From positions 124,001 to 188,000 of the forward strand of contig NZ_SBIV01000006.1 in the NCBI RefSeq assembly GCF_004765795.1: a DNA stretch of 64,000 nt, read 5' to 3'. The notes under the pieces are model-generated. The model did no database searches and had not been told where the DNA came from. It saw nothing but the letters and a program-made list of their open reading frames with translations. The DNA comes from Halorussus marinus (GTDB lineage Archaea > Halobacteriota > Halobacteria > Halobacteriales > Haladaptataceae). Each line of letters begins with the position of its first letter. Within the stretch, counting starts at the first letter, position 1. The translations under genes were made by a program, and so were the position numbers. Positions 11,401 to 20,479 of the stretch are shown piece by piece.

Positions 11401-11442
11401 TTGGTCGGCGCCGTGGTGGCCGCCCGGCGCGAGTCCTCGTGA
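5458..11442 (+). CDS. Large cell-surface S8 serine peptidase with Ig-like repeats and PGF-CTERM anchor
   Basis: Signal peptide; triad VAVVDSG / HGTHVAG / GTSMAAP; repeated D.AGN Ig-like motifs; C-terminal PGF + TM + RR. Confidence 0.9.
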   Translation: MSDRPRPRARRLAATLAFVAVLVTSAAVPAFAAPAPTGGAPAAADRAATAVTAPPAGLGPDATASEGIPRPPGVNETADVEIIGANDSESPTGANRTDVTLVTGQTVTAVETANGTRYRVASDDRMRKVTTGDATYVYPAGVDFETFGRRLFDVDLLVRQNLTDAETDAIPVIVSGPDRPGPTAEERTPADTLEAVEGVRPRATLDSIGAAAATVGKARARRAARRFAADDAVARVTLDAKHRLDLRDADEAVGATRARRTYGATGDGVTVAVVDSGIDDDHPAIDRVVAERDFTYEGRTDDPNGHGTHVAGIVASDDETYTGMAPDASLIDARVLTEDGWGYTSWILAGMEYAVDSGADVVSVSLGGSVGSERSDDRYTEAVDSATDRGAVVVTSAGNGGDAYGTVTTPGIQSRALTVGASVDDDGIPGFSSRGPTKYGYYLKPDLVAPGWGVVSAAAGTDGFARKTGTSMAAPAVSGVAALLLEDNPDWSPARIRGVLTATADPLSGPDVYTQGAGVLNATEALGSELAVAPATVDFGTLRRGDDAARTVKLTNTGDETTTVDADAAATDVRDGDAAPVSVNRSTVSVDPGETAHLRLAVDAGDASPGTYSGRLSVGNHTVVFGFVREHAITVEKAPVPNTSTAGDRVWLFADRPGRSKLTGRDGLVRLNGSSTTYHAVGGGTYRLLSSGRDERTGEPIVFERTLTVDGDERVVLNETETVRHDLDTGEIGPVATRNVTVDYAATTASGRTYGGSITAPNPDAPAVRFGPDSALNATVGRLLVSNGSGDGAAFDAAAVYHLLHEVDGVDGGRTTTVDPDALAAKNVTYRRASRDGSYEATMRATAGEFTHAVVGGVGDRRTQTVYLTDGVDDHAIGASGDEWRLTPSATGFHGPNATSEVAFNRHPFLGSLRWTVDDGDLRYRAAGQTDGDGHRFADGRADSIRVRVDGRERLSRELGGAPAWRDPGVEIAPGADLELTVVGRNGATPLSTRTVTTHRATYAPGDDDTPPGLRSLAVRELSANNTAGRDLRVRFAVDGDAERAEAWLATDAEAVPFGGDSAPAGDDPTGWTAGSVERVDAPGDAAVYEATFRVAAGHLGRVDLAVAATDDRGNAMESTVFDAVRVDARGPAVAVASLGADGSTATDGSIHTNGTVSANVTADDAAGAVGNVSLGLSAAFANYRTELPAARTPDGDWAVDGDLTDLPDDGTYSVRALARDRFGNENRTAPAGTVALDREPPALGATLTRVDDATGRVTVSADEPLASTPEATVERPNGTATDVALNATGDREWAGTVSLADGDAGYGVTATATDRAGNPGRAVSNASVAAVDASPGRPATVSPAGSDAFVRLRTDRGTNGSVTLTQSGSALAPLEPGLTGLGFLNGDLDSAVSGALANATVGIPVDESRLPPGVAPGDVEVRYRDPATGGWDRRATAVRNVTVDGATDAYWVANVTRFSTYGAVAPDETPPTIDGRAPDGGEYRRDGGVPAVAFEYGDDRSAVNASAVELFVDGERVTDAPATSVTSEAVRYGGAFDYGTHAATVRVVDEAGNAANATTTFAVVGDETPPRVVEASPADGAELPAGTDSRRFEFALADDATGVNPDAVRVRYDGADVTADATVSADAVAYTVDSLADGSDHAIELVLEDEAGNGATYTHAFGVADSEPEQTGGGAGGGGGSGGGSVPPPSVRAEVTERDAASATIKIVSARADAPGRVTLDDGLRGGEVAFRTVGLTPASSEPEPRFFLGLDASAGAPTGVPALADASRTLGYLNATPTYIADGELDAVWVSFGVDTATTDAPAGVSLYRYADGDWRRLDTDLVGTRDGAHRFTASAAGTGAFAVGLDEPVFEVRSAGLNASSVRVGEAVAVTASVENAGTAAGIERVGLAVDGETVVTANVTLAPGETEAVRFDRAFETPGERSIAVGGATAGTLAVTADRAETPEPTTAETDATDDPTRDGGTTTGAPGFGLLATVVALVGAVVAARRESS

Positions 11443-11533
11443 ACCGCCACGGGCTCTCGGGCGTCTGTCGAAGCGGGAGAGAACGGTGGGGCTGTCGGAG
11501 ACGTAACTCGGCGAAAAGCGGATCGGAGAGAAG

Positions 11534-11604
11534 TGCGCCGGCTGGGATTTGAACCCAGGTTGCGACCATGGCAAGGTCACGTGATACCACTACACTACCG
11601 GCGC
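11534..11604 (-). tRNA. tRNA-Gly(GCC)
   Basis: Minus strand GCGCCGGTAGTGTAGTGGTATCACGTGACCTTGCCATGGTCGCAACCTGGGTTCAAATCCCAGCCGGCGCA folds as a cloverleaf; anticodon GCC; no intron; CCA not encoded. Confidence 0.97.
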
Positions 11605-11825
11605 CCTGCGGGCCTTCGTCTGCATTCACACATAACCGGAGGATACTAAATAAGGCTTCCGAATCGCGGGCAGAGCGAGGCCCGGTACCACGGTTCAATC
11701 GCCGAGTTCCGCCGCGAGCGACTTTGTGAGCGCCTCCCATCGCCGGGCGAGAAGCGGCACCCTTTTACGACCCAAGCCGGTACGATTCGCTACAGTCTAG
11801 TGACCAGCCGTCGAAGCGTCACGGT

Positions 11826-12710
11826 ATGACCGTCAGCGTACTCGTTCCGTCGTCCCTCGTCCGGGAAGCCGAGGACAAACGCGAGGCAACTCGCAAGCTC
11901 GGCTACGTCGCCCGCGCGGCGATGGTGTTCCGGGCCGATCGCCTCGGGGTCTTTCCGGACCCCGACGGCGAACGCCACTGGGGCGGCGGGTTCGTAAGCA
12001 CCGTGCTGGAATACGCCGCGACGCCGCCCTACCTCCGAAAGGAGGTATTCGGCAAGCGCGACGAACTGGAGTACGCGGGCGTCCTACCGCCGCTCCGCGG
12101 CCCGTCGCTGACCGGCTCCGAATCCGAGGGTTCGGGGTCGTTAAGACAGGGAATCGTGACCGAGGTCGGACCTGAAGGGCGCGTTCGGGTCAATTGCGGA
12201 CTGCAACACCCGATCTCCCTCGTCGCACCGCCGAAAATGGCGGTCGAAGAGGGGGAGCGCGTCACCGTCAGGATCTCTTCGCGAAGTCCGGTCCGTGCGA
12301 AGCTCGTCGACGAACCCCTCCCGGGGTTCGGAGTGACGCGCACGGACCTCCCGGCGGCCCTCGACCGCGACGACGCGGGCGTTCGCATCGCGACGTCCCG
12401 CCACGGGGTCGAACTGACGACCGGGCGGCTGACCGAACTGGTCGGCCGCACAGCCGACGACGGGATGACCGTCGCTTTCGGCTCGCCCGGTCGCGGCCTG
12501 CCGGAGATACTCGACCTCTCGGTCGACTCGCTCGGCGACCCGGGCGACGGCCGCGAGGACGAGGCGGACGCGGAGTCCGGAGTCGAATCGGGCGCACCCG
12601 GCCGGTTCGACCTCTGGGTCAACGCGGTTCCGAATCAAGGCAGCGAGGTCGTGCGAACTGAAGAAGCGATGTTCGCCGCCCTCGCCTGCCTGAACCTCAA
12701 AGAGAAGTGA
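11826..12710 (+). CDS. SPOUT RNA methyltransferase (DUF171/SPOUT1-like), first gene of the r-protein cluster
   Basis: ATPPYLRK, GVLPPL, FGSPGRGL, PNQGSEVVRTEEA; position upstream of rpl3. Confidence 0.9.
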   Translation: MTVSVLVPSSLVREAEDKREATRKLGYVARAAMVFRADRLGVFPDPDGERHWGGGFVSTVLEYAATPPYLRKEVFGKRDELEYAGVLPPLRGPSLTGSESEGSGSLRQGIVTEVGPEGRVRVNCGLQHPISLVAPPKMAVEEGERVTVRISSRSPVRAKLVDEPLPGFGVTRTDLPAALDRDDAGVRIATSRHGVELTTGRLTELVGRTADDGMTVAFGSPGRGLPEILDLSVDSLGDPGDGREDEADAESGVESGAPGRFDLWVNAVPNQGSEVVRTEEAMFAALACLNLKEK

Positions 12711-12714
12711 TACG

Positions 12715-13731
12715 ATGCCAGAAACAAGCAGACCACGAAAAGGTTCGCTAGGGTTCGGCCCCCGCACGCGTGCGGCCAGCGAGGTTCCGCGCTTCAACTC
12801 GTGGCCCGACGGCGACGGCAGTCCGTCGCTCCAGGGCTTCGCGGGTTACAAGGCCGGCATGACCCATGTGGTGATGGTCAACGACGAGTCCGACTCCCCG
12901 CGCGAGGGGATGGAGGAGACCGTGCCCGTCACCATCGTGGAGACGCCGCCGATGCGAGCGGTCGCACTGCGAGCCTACGAGCAGACGCCGTACGGCAAGA
13001 AGCCGCTGACGGAAGTGTGGGGCGGAGAGTTCCACGAGGAACTCGACCGCACCCTCGACATCCCGAAGGAGTACGACACCGACGCCGCCGCCGACGAACT
13101 GCGCGAAGCAGTCGCGGACGGCGACGTCGCGGACCTCCGGGTCGTCACCCACACCGTCCCGAGCGAGATCGCCAGCGTCCCCAAGAAGAAGCCCGACGTG
13201 ATGGAGACTCGCGTCGGCGGCGGGTCGCTGGACGAGCGCGTCGACTTCGCGCTCGATCTCCTCGACGACGGCGGGGAACACGCGATGAACGACGTGTTCC
13301 GCGCGGGCGAGTACATGGACGTCAGCGGCGTGACCAAAGGGAAAGGAACGCAGGGCCCCGTCAAGCGGTGGGGCGTCCAGAAGCGCAAGGGCAAGCACGC
13401 CCGGCAGGGCTGGCGGCGCCGGATCGGTAACCTCGGCCCGTGGAACCCCTCCCGCGTGCGCTCGACCGTCCCCCAGCAGGGCCAGACCGGCTACCACCAG
13501 CGCACCGAACTCAACAAGCGCCTCGTCGACCTCGGCGAGGGCGACGACATCAACGTCGACGGCGGCTTCGTCAACTACGGCGAGGTCGACGGCGAGTACG
13601 CGCTGGTCAAAGGCTCGGTGCCCGGCCCGGACAAGCGCCTCCTGCGCTTCCGTCCCGCCGTCCGACCGAACGACCAACCGCGCCTCGACCCCGAGGTGCG
13701 GTACGTGAGCACCGAATCCAACCAGGGATAA
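12715..13731 (+). CDS. rpl3: 50S ribosomal protein L3
   Basis: GYKAGMTH, TKGKGTQGPVKRWG. Confidence 0.98.
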   Translation: MPETSRPRKGSLGFGPRTRAASEVPRFNSWPDGDGSPSLQGFAGYKAGMTHVVMVNDESDSPREGMEETVPVTIVETPPMRAVALRAYEQTPYGKKPLTEVWGGEFHEELDRTLDIPKEYDTDAAADELREAVADGDVADLRVVTHTVPSEIASVPKKKPDVMETRVGGGSLDERVDFALDLLDDGGEHAMNDVFRAGEYMDVSGVTKGKGTQGPVKRWGVQKRKGKHARQGWRRRIGNLGPWNPSRVRSTVPQQGQTGYHQRTELNKRLVDLGEGDDINVDGGFVNYGEVDGEYALVKGSVPGPDKRLLRFRPAVRPNDQPRLDPEVRYVSTESNQG

Positions 13732-13734
13732 ACC

Positions 13735-14481
13735 ATGCAAGCAACTATCCGAAACCTCGACGGCGAGGAAGACGGCAGTGTGGACCTGCCGGACGTGTTC
13801 GAGACGACCGTCCGGACGGACCTCATCGAGCGCGCCGTCCTCGCCGCTCAGGCAAACCGAAAGCAGGACTACGGCGCCGACGATTACGCCGGGATGCGGA
13901 CCTCGGCGGAGTCGCCCGGCAGCGGCCGGGGCATGGCCCACGTTCCCCGAACGAACGGCGAGGCCGCCCGGGTCCCGCAGGCCGTCGGGGGTCGCAAGGC
14001 CCACCCGCCGAAAGAAGAGAAGGATCGCTCGCTCGACATCAACACCAAAGAGCGCAAGCAGGCGGTGCGGAGTGCGGTCGCCGCGACCGCCGACGCCGAC
14101 CGCGTGGCCGAGCGCGGCCATCAGTTCGACGACGACCTCGACCTGCCGCTCGTGGTGAGCGACGACTTCGAGGACCTCGTGAAGACCAAGGAAGTCGTCT
14201 CGTTCCTCGAAGCGGTCGGCGCAGACGCCGACGTCGAGCGCGCCGAGGAGAACCGCTCGATCCGGGCCGGTCAGGGGACGACCCGCGGCCGGAAGTACAA
14301 CACGCCCCGGTCGGTCCTGTTCGTGACCAGTAGCGAGCCCTCGAAGGCCGCCCGCAACCTCGCAGGCGCCGACGTGGCGACCGCCCGCGAGGTCAACACC
14401 GAGGACCTCGCGCCCGGCGCCGACGCCGGCCGACTCACCGTCTGGACCGAGAGCGCGATCGAGGAGGTGGCCGACCGATGA
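13735..14481 (+). CDS. rpl4: 50S ribosomal protein L4
   Basis: AGMRTSAES.GSGRG, LAPGADAGRLT. Confidence 0.98.
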   Translation: MQATIRNLDGEEDGSVDLPDVFETTVRTDLIERAVLAAQANRKQDYGADDYAGMRTSAESPGSGRGMAHVPRTNGEAARVPQAVGGRKAHPPKEEKDRSLDINTKERKQAVRSAVAATADADRVAERGHQFDDDLDLPLVVSDDFEDLVKTKEVVSFLEAVGADADVERAEENRSIRAGQGTTRGRKYNTPRSVLFVTSSEPSKAARNLAGADVATAREVNTEDLAPGADAGRLTVWTESAIEEVADR

Positions 14482-14732
14482 GCGGTATCATCGAGTACCC
14501 GTGGGTCACCGAGAAGGCGATGAACGAGATGGACTTCAAGAACAAGCTCCAGTTCATCGTCCACCTCGACGCCGACAAGCCCGAGATCCGCGAGGAGATC
14601 GAGGACCAGTACGAGGTCACCGTCGAGAAGATCAACACGCAGGTCACCATGAACGGCGACAAGAAGGCCACGGTGACACTCTCGGAGGACGACGACGCGC
14701 AGGAAGTCGCCTCGAGAATCGGGGTGTTCTGA
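14478..14732 (+). CDS. rpl23: 50S ribosomal protein L23
   Basis: TEKAM...KKATVTL; operon order. Confidence 0.97.
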   Translation: MSGIIEYPWVTEKAMNEMDFKNKLQFIVHLDADKPEIREEIEDQYEVTVEKINTQVTMNGDKKATVTLSEDDDAQEVASRIGVF

Positions 14733-14735
14733 CAC

Positions 14736-15455
14736 ATGGGACGACGAATTCAAGGACAGCGACGCGGTCGCGGGACCTCCACGTTCCGAGCCCCGTCGCA
14801 CCGGTACAAGGCGGACCTCACGCACAAAAAGCCCGAAGAGCGAGACGTGGTCTCGGGGACGGTCGTGGACATCGAACACGACCCGGCCCGGAGCGCGCCG
14901 GTCGCGGCCGTCGAGTTCGACGACGGCGACCAGCGGCTCATCCTCGTGCCCGAGGGCGTCGGGATCGGCGAGCAACTCCAGATCGGCGTCAGCGCCGAGA
15001 TCAAGCAGGGCAACACGCTCCCGCTCGCCGAGATTCCGGAAGGCGTCCCGGTGTGTAACGTCGAGAGCAGTCCGGGCGACGGCGGGAAGTTCGCCCGCGC
15101 GTCCGGCGTGAGCGCGAGCCTCATCACCCACGACCGCGACGCCGCGGTCGTCGAACTCCCGAGCGGCGAGGTCAAGCGGCTCTCGCCCGACTGCCGGGCC
15201 ACCATCGGCGTGGTCGCCGGCGGCGGCCGGACCGAGAAGCCGATGGTCAAGGCCGGGAACAAGCACCACAAGATGAAAGCGCGGGGCACCAAGTGGCCGA
15301 ACGTGCGCGGCGTCGCGATGAACGCCGTCGACCACCCGTTCGGCGGCGGTGGCCGCCAGCACCCCGGCCGACCGAAGTCGGTCTCGCGGAACGCGCCGCC
15401 GGGCCGCAAGGTCGGAGACATCTCGTCTCGACGAACGGGACGAGGAGGGAACTAA
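14736..15455 (+). CDS. rpl2: 50S ribosomal protein L2
   Basis: [16 protein letters not shown]. Confidence 0.98.
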   Translation: MGRRIQGQRRGRGTSTFRAPSHRYKADLTHKKPEERDVVSGTVVDIEHDPARSAPVAAVEFDDGDQRLILVPEGVGIGEQLQIGVSAEIKQGNTLPLAEIPEGVPVCNVESSPGDGGKFARASGVSASLITHDRDAAVVELPSGEVKRLSPDCRATIGVVAGGGRTEKPMVKAGNKHHKMKARGTKWPNVRGVAMNAVDHPFGGGGRQHPGRPKSVSRNAPPGRKVGDISSRRTGRGGN

Positions 15456-15456
15456 C

Positions 15457-15882
15457 ATGAGCGAAGGCGAGTACAGAACCGGCCGCGAGGGTGAGTTCAC
15501 CTTCCGCGGTCACACGCTAGACGAGTTGCAGGAGATGGACATCGACGAAGTCGCGGAACTGCTTCCCGCACGCCAGCGGCGAACTATCGAGCGGGGCCTG
15601 TCCACCGAGCAGCAGAAACTGCTCGAAGAGGCCCGCGAGGCCGGCGAGGAGGAGACGGCCAACGACCCGATCCGCACTCACCTGCGGAACATGCCGATCC
15701 TCCCGGAGTTCGTCGACAAGACGTTCGCGGTGTACACCGGTCAGAGCTTCGAGCGCGTGCGCGTCGAGCCCGAGATGCTCGGCCACTACCTCGGCGAGTT
15801 CCAGCTGACCCGAACCTCGGTCGAACACGGACAGGCCGGTATCGGGGCGACCCGCTCCTCGAAGTTCGTGCCACTCAAGTAA
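15457..15882 (+). CDS. rps19: 30S ribosomal protein S19
   Basis: [18 protein letters not shown]. Confidence 0.97.
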   Translation: MSEGEYRTGREGEFTFRGHTLDELQEMDIDEVAELLPARQRRTIERGLSTEQQKLLEEAREAGEEETANDPIRTHLRNMPILPEFVDKTFAVYTGQSFERVRVEPEMLGHYLGEFQLTRTSVEHGQAGIGATRSSKFVPLK

Positions 15883-15885
15883 ATC

Positions 15886-16347
15886 ATGGGAATCAGCTAC
15901 AGCGTCGAGGCCGACCCGGACACCACCGCCAAGGGGATGCTCCGGGAGCGGCACATGAGTCACAAGCATAGCAAGGCCATCGCCCGCGAGATCAAGGGCA
16001 TGACCGCCGCCGACGCCGTCGACTACCTCCAGCAGGTCATCGACGGCGAGCGGTCGGTGCCGTTCAAGTCCCACAACAGCGGCGTGGGCCACCGAAGCGA
16101 CATCGACGGCTGGGACGCCGGTCGCTACCCCGAGAAGGCCAGTTCGGCGTTTCTCGACCTCATCGAGAACGTGGTCAACAACGCCGACGAGCAGGGCTTC
16201 GACGGCGAGGAGATGGAGATCATGCACGTCGCCGCCCACAAGGTCGGCGAGGTCCAGGGCCGCAAGCCCCGCGCGATGGGTCGCGCGAGCGCGTGGAACA
16301 CCATGGAAGTAGACGTCGAACTCATCCTCGAGGAGGCTGACGAGTAA
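15886..16347 (+). CDS. rpl22: 50S ribosomal protein L22
   Basis: GRYPEKA, PRAMGRA. Confidence 0.97.
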   Translation: MGISYSVEADPDTTAKGMLRERHMSHKHSKAIAREIKGMTAADAVDYLQQVIDGERSVPFKSHNSGVGHRSDIDGWDAGRYPEKASSAFLDLIENVVNNADEQGFDGEEMEIMHVAAHKVGEVQGRKPRAMGRASAWNTMEVDVELILEEADE

Positions 16348-17267
16348 TGGCGGACGAACACCAGTTCATCGAAGACGGGCTCCAGCGCTCCCAGATCGAC
16401 GAGTTCTTCAGCGACGAACTCGGGCGCGCCGGCTACGGCGGCATGGACGTCGCCAAGACCCCGATGGGAACCCAGATCGTGCTGAAGGCCGAGAAGCCCG
16501 GCATGGTCATCGGCAAGGGCGGCAAGAACATCCGGAAGATCACCACCCAGCTCGAGGAGCGGTTCGACCTCGACGACCCGCAGATCGACGTTCAGGAGGT
16601 CGACGAGCCCGACCTGAACGCCCGGATCGTCGCCGACCGGCTCGCAAACGCCCTCGAACGCGGCTGGTACTTCCGGAAGGCCGGCCACACCACCATCGAC
16701 CGAATCATGGACGCGGGCGCGCTCGGCGCCGAGATCGTCCTCTCGGGCAAGGTGTCCGGGGCGCGTTCGCGCGTCGAGAAGTTCAACCGCGGCTACATCA
16801 AGCACAACGGCGAACCCGCCGAGGACATCGTCGACCACGGCCAGGGCGTCGCGGTGATGAAGCTCGGCACTATCGGCGTGGACGTCAAGATCATCCCGCC
16901 GGGCGCCGACCTCCCCGACGACTTCGAGATCCACGAGGGCGCGAGCCCCGAAGAGGTCGTCCCGGAGGCCGTCGAGGCCAACGAGTCGGTCGAGGAACTG
17001 CTCGACGAGCCGACCGACGAAGAACTCGAAGAGCTCGGCGCCGACGAGGCGGCCGAAGACGCCGACGAGTCCGACGAGCAGGCAGTCGACGAAGAGGTCG
17101 TCGAGGAGGTCCTCGAAGAGGAGACCGCGACAGACGAGGAGTCCGACGCGGACGCCGAGGCCGACGAGTCGGTCGAAGAGGAGCTCGACGAACTCGAAGA
17201 AGAGGTCGAACAGGAAGCCGAGGAGCTCATGGACGAGATGGACTCCGACGAGGAGGGTGACGAATAA
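16347..17267 (+). CDS. rps3: 30S ribosomal protein S3 (long acidic C-tail)
   Basis: KH motif PGMVIGKGG. Confidence 0.97.
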   Translation: MADEHQFIEDGLQRSQIDEFFSDELGRAGYGGMDVAKTPMGTQIVLKAEKPGMVIGKGGKNIRKITTQLEERFDLDDPQIDVQEVDEPDLNARIVADRLANALERGWYFRKAGHTTIDRIMDAGALGAEIVLSGKVSGARSRVEKFNRGYIKHNGEPAEDIVDHGQGVAVMKLGTIGVDVKIIPPGADLPDDFEIHEGASPEEVVPEAVEANESVEELLDEPTDEELEELGADEAAEDADESDEQAVDEEVVEEVLEEETATDEESDADAEADESVEEELDELEEEVEQEAEELMDEMDSDEEGDE

Positions 17268-17485
17268 TGGCGATCGTTCACGTCGAGGAGATCCGCGACA
17301 TGACCCCGGCAGAGCGCGAATCCGAGCTCGAAGAGCTCGAGACCGAACTGCTCAACGCGAAGGCCGTGAAGGCCGCGGGTGGCGCGCCCGAGGACCCCGG
17401 CCGATTCCAGGAACTGCGCCGGACCATCGCGCGCATCAAGACGGTCCAGCGCGAGAAAGGCGACCTGGACGAAGACGACGAATAA
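17267..17485 (+). CDS. rpl29: 50S ribosomal protein L29
   Basis: ELRRTIARIKT. Confidence 0.96.
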   Translation: MAIVHVEEIRDMTPAERESELEELETELLNAKAVKAAGGAPEDPGRFQELRRTIARIKTVQREKGDLDEDDE

Positions 17486-17486
17486 C

Positions 17487-17915
17487 ATGCCACTCACACC
17501 CGAAACGCTGACGCGACACGAGCTCAACGGGCTGTCGGTCCGCGTCGTGGACGCGGCCAATCCGGACCTCGTCGGAATCGAGGGCCGGGTGGTCGCCGAG
17601 ACGCGGGCCACGCTGAGCGTCGCGTCGGCCGATCGGGTGCGGCAGGTGCAAAAGCAGGGCTCGACGTTCGAGTTCGCGCTCACAGATGAACCCGCCGACT
17701 GCTCCGGGCCGCGCTCGGAGCCCCGTCCCGTCTCGCGTGACGGCGCCGCCAAGGAGTCGGGGACCGCGTCCAAACGGGGATCGGAAACTGCCGGAGGTCG
17801 CTCCGGTCAGTCTGGTCACTGCGAGGGCGTGGCCTACGTTACGGTGGATGGCGCGCGACTGCTCTCACGACCCGAACTACGCACCGAGAAGGCAGGTGAA
17901 TCCAGATGGCAATAG
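17487..17915 (+). CDS. rnp1: Ribonuclease P protein component 1 (Rpp29)
   Basis: [30 protein letters not shown]; lies between rpl29 and rps17. Confidence 0.9.
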   Translation: MPLTPETLTRHELNGLSVRVVDAANPDLVGIEGRVVAETRATLSVASADRVRQVQKQGSTFEFALTDEPADCSGPRSEPRPVSRDGAAKESGTASKRGSETAGGRSGQSGHCEGVAYVTVDGARLLSRPELRTEKAGESRWQ

Positions 17916-18286
17916 GACTGAACGTAACAGAACCGGAGGAGACCTGCTCCGACGAGAACTGTCCCTTCCACGGAACGCTTTCCGTGCGCGGACAGACCCT
18001 CGAAGGAGAGGTCGCCTCCACAGACATGGACAAGACCGTGATCGTCGAGCGAGAGTACGACGTTCCGGTGCCGAAGTACGACCGGTACATGAAACGCCGG
18101 TCCCGCGTTCCGGCTCACGCGCCGGAGTGCCTCGGCCTGGAAGTCGGCGACACGGTTCGTATCGCAGAGACCCGACCGCTTTCGAAGACGAAGTCCCACG
18201 TCGTCGTCGAGACCCTCGACACGACCGAGGACTTCGGAGCGGGCGGCACCGAACACGCCGAAACCGACGAGGAGGGCGAAGACTGA
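17906..18286 (+). CDS. rps17: 30S ribosomal protein S17
   Basis: [14 protein letters not shown]. Confidence 0.97.
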   Translation: MAIGLNVTEPEETCSDENCPFHGTLSVRGQTLEGEVASTDMDKTVIVEREYDVPVPKYDRYMKRRSRVPAHAPECLGLEVGDTVRIAETRPLSKTKSHVVVETLDTTEDFGAGGTEHAETDEEGED

Positions 18287-18684
18287 TGGAGGCACTGAAG
18301 GCTGACGTCACGCAGGGCCTCGCGAAGGGCTCGCTGCTGACCTGCGCCGACAACACCGGCGCGCGCGAAGTCAAGGTCATCAGCGTCTCCGGCTACTCGG
18401 GCACCAAGAGCCGACACCCCAAGGCGGGGATCGGCGACAAGGTGACCGTCTCGGTCACCAAGGGTACCCCCGAGATGCGCCGGCAGGTGCTGGAGGCGGT
18501 CGTCGTCCGCCAGCGCAAGCCCATCCGTCGCCCCGACGGCACCCGCGTCAAGTTCGAAGACAACGCGGCCGTCATCATCGACGACGTCGAAGAGCCCCGC
18601 GGGACCGAGATCAAGGGTCCGATCGCGCGGGAAGTCGCCGAACGGTTCGGCTCGATCGCGAGCACGGCTACGATGATAGTATGA
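18286..18684 (+). CDS. rpl14: 50S ribosomal protein L14
   Basis: CADNTGA, FEDNAAV. Confidence 0.98.
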   Translation: MEALKADVTQGLAKGSLLTCADNTGAREVKVISVSGYSGTKSRHPKAGIGDKVTVSVTKGTPEMRRQVLEAVVVRQRKPIRRPDGTRVKFEDNAAVIIDDVEEPRGTEIKGPIAREVAERFGSIASTATMIV

Positions 18685-19037
18685 CTGAACAACCACGCAA
18701 ACAGCGAAACCAGACCGAAAGCGCCTCGCTCCACGAGCGTCACAAGCAGGTCAACGCCACGCTGTCCGACGACCTCCGCGAGGAGTTCGACACCCGGCGC
18801 GTCCGGGTCAACGCGGGCGACACCGTCGAGGTGATGCGCGGTGACTACGCCGGCGAAGAAGGCGAAGTCATCGACGTCGACCTCCGCGACGCGGTCGTTC
18901 GCGTCGAGGACGTGACGACCGAGAAGGCAGACGGGGAGGAAGTGCCCCGGGCGCTCGACGCGAGCAACCTCCGCGTGACCGACCTCGACCTCGAGGACGA
19001 CGTGCGCGAGGCGCGCCTCCGAGGTGACGACGAATGA
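18681..19037 (+). CDS. rpl24: 50S ribosomal protein L24
   Basis: KOW motif [10 protein letters not shown]. Confidence 0.97.
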   Translation: MTEQPRKQRNQTESASLHERHKQVNATLSDDLREEFDTRRVRVNAGDTVEVMRGDYAGEEGEVIDVDLRDAVVRVEDVTTEKADGEEVPRALDASNLRVTDLDLEDDVREARLRGDDE

Positions 19038-19777
19038 GCAACCACCAGAAACGACTCTCCGTTCCGAAGTCCTGGCCGGTCGAGCGCAAGACCGAGACGT
19101 TCACCGTGAAGGCCCAAGGCCCCCACGGCGAGGACGGCGTCCCGCTGCTGATCGTGCTGCGGGACGTGCTGGGCTACGTCGCGTCGCGGAAGGAAGCCCG
19201 CTACGCGCTCGAACAGGGCACGGTGCTGGTCAACGGCGACGCGAACGTCGCCGAGGACCGTCCCATCGGGATGTTCGACATCCTGGCGTTCACCGAGCGC
19301 GACGAGTACTACCGGGTGTTCCCCGACGAGGGCGGTCGGCTCGCGCTGACCCCCATCGACGCCGCGGACGCCGACAGCAAGCTCTCGAAGATCGAGGACA
19401 AGACGAAGGTCGCCGGCGGCCGGACGCAGCTCAACCTCCACGACGGGCAGAACCTGCTCGTCGAGGACGACGAGTACGCCGCCAAAGACTCGATCGTCAT
19501 CGACAACGACGACGGCGAGATCGTCGCCCACTTCCCCTACGAAGAGGGGAGCCTCGTGACCGCGGTTCGGGGGTCCCACGCCGGCGACATCGGCGAGGTC
19601 GACGAGATCCAGACCACTCCCGGCAGCGGTTCGAACAACGTCGTGGTCGACGCTGGCGACGACTCGTTCGAGACGGTCGAGGAGTACGTCGTCGTCATCG
19701 ACGAGAACTTCGTCGGCGACGAGGCGGACGCCGCCTCTGACGACGAGAGCTCCGAGGACGGAGGTGACGACGAATGA
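19034..19777 (+). CDS. rps4e: 30S ribosomal protein S4e
   Basis: [18 protein letters not shown]. Confidence 0.97.
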   Translation: MSNHQKRLSVPKSWPVERKTETFTVKAQGPHGEDGVPLLIVLRDVLGYVASRKEARYALEQGTVLVNGDANVAEDRPIGMFDILAFTERDEYYRVFPDEGGRLALTPIDAADADSKLSKIEDKTKVAGGRTQLNLHDGQNLLVEDDEYAAKDSIVIDNDDGEIVAHFPYEEGSLVTAVRGSHAGDIGEVDEIQTTPGSGSNNVVVDAGDDSFETVEEYVVVIDENFVGDEADAASDDESSEDGGDDE

Positions 19778-20298
19778 GCGAGTCGCAGGCCGACTTCCAC
19801 GAGATGCGGGAGCCGACCATCGAGAAGATCGTCGTCCACATGGGCGTCGGCGAGGGCGGCCGCGCGCTCGCGGACGCCGAGGAGATCATCGAGGACGTCA
19901 CCGGCCAGCAGAGCGTTCGGACGCAGGCGAAGGCCACCAAGCCCGAGTTCGGCATCCGGCAGGGCGACCCGATCGGCGCGAAGGTCACCCTGCGCGACGA
20001 CGAGGCCGAGGAGTTCCTCGAGACGGCACTCCCCATCGCGGACGTTTCGGCCGGGCAGTTCGACGACACCGGGAACTTCAGCTTCGGCATCGAGGAGCAC
20101 ACCGAGTTCCCGAGCCAGGAGTACGACCCCAACGTCGGCATCTACGGGCTCGACGTGACGGTCAATCTCGTCCGTCCCGGCTACCGTGTCTCGAAGCGAG
20201 ACAAGGTGACCCGTTCGATTCCGTCGGGTCATCGACTGAGCGCAGAGGACGCCATCGCGTACCTCGAAGCCAACTTCGACGTGGAGATAGAGCAATGA
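19774..20298 (+). CDS. rpl5: 50S ribosomal protein L5
   Basis: [17 protein letters not shown]. Confidence 0.97.
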   Translation: MSESQADFHEMREPTIEKIVVHMGVGEGGRALADAEEIIEDVTGQQSVRTQAKATKPEFGIRQGDPIGAKVTLRDDEAEEFLETALPIADVSAGQFDDTGNFSFGIEEHTEFPSQEYDPNVGIYGLDVTVNLVRPGYRVSKRDKVTRSIPSGHRLSAEDAIAYLEANFDVEIEQ

Positions 20299-20477
20299 GC
20301 GAAAGCGAAACCGAATCCGACGCGACGGGAGAGCACGCGGCCAAACGCACTGGCCAGATCGAGGAGTGCCAGCGCTGTGGCCGCAAGCAGGGACTGGTCG
20401 GCAAGTACGACATCAATCTGTGTCGCCAGTGCTTCCGCGAGATCGCCCGAAGCATGGGATTCAAGAAGTACCGATAA
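20295..20477 (+). CDS. rps14: 30S ribosomal protein S14 (zinc type)
   Basis: CQRC...LCRQCFRE. Confidence 0.96.
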   Translation: MSESETESDATGEHAAKRTGQIEECQRCGRKQGLVGKYDINLCRQCFREIARSMGFKKYR

Positions 20478-20479
20478 CC

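Noticed and set aside
5282..11604. Subtilase as a tRNA-Gly-integrated island
   Set aside because: No integrase, and I found no duplicated tRNA 3' end on the far side.
16930..17267. Repetitive GAG/GAC-rich tail of rps3
   Set aside because: Typical haloarchaeal acidic extension, not a DNA repeat element.
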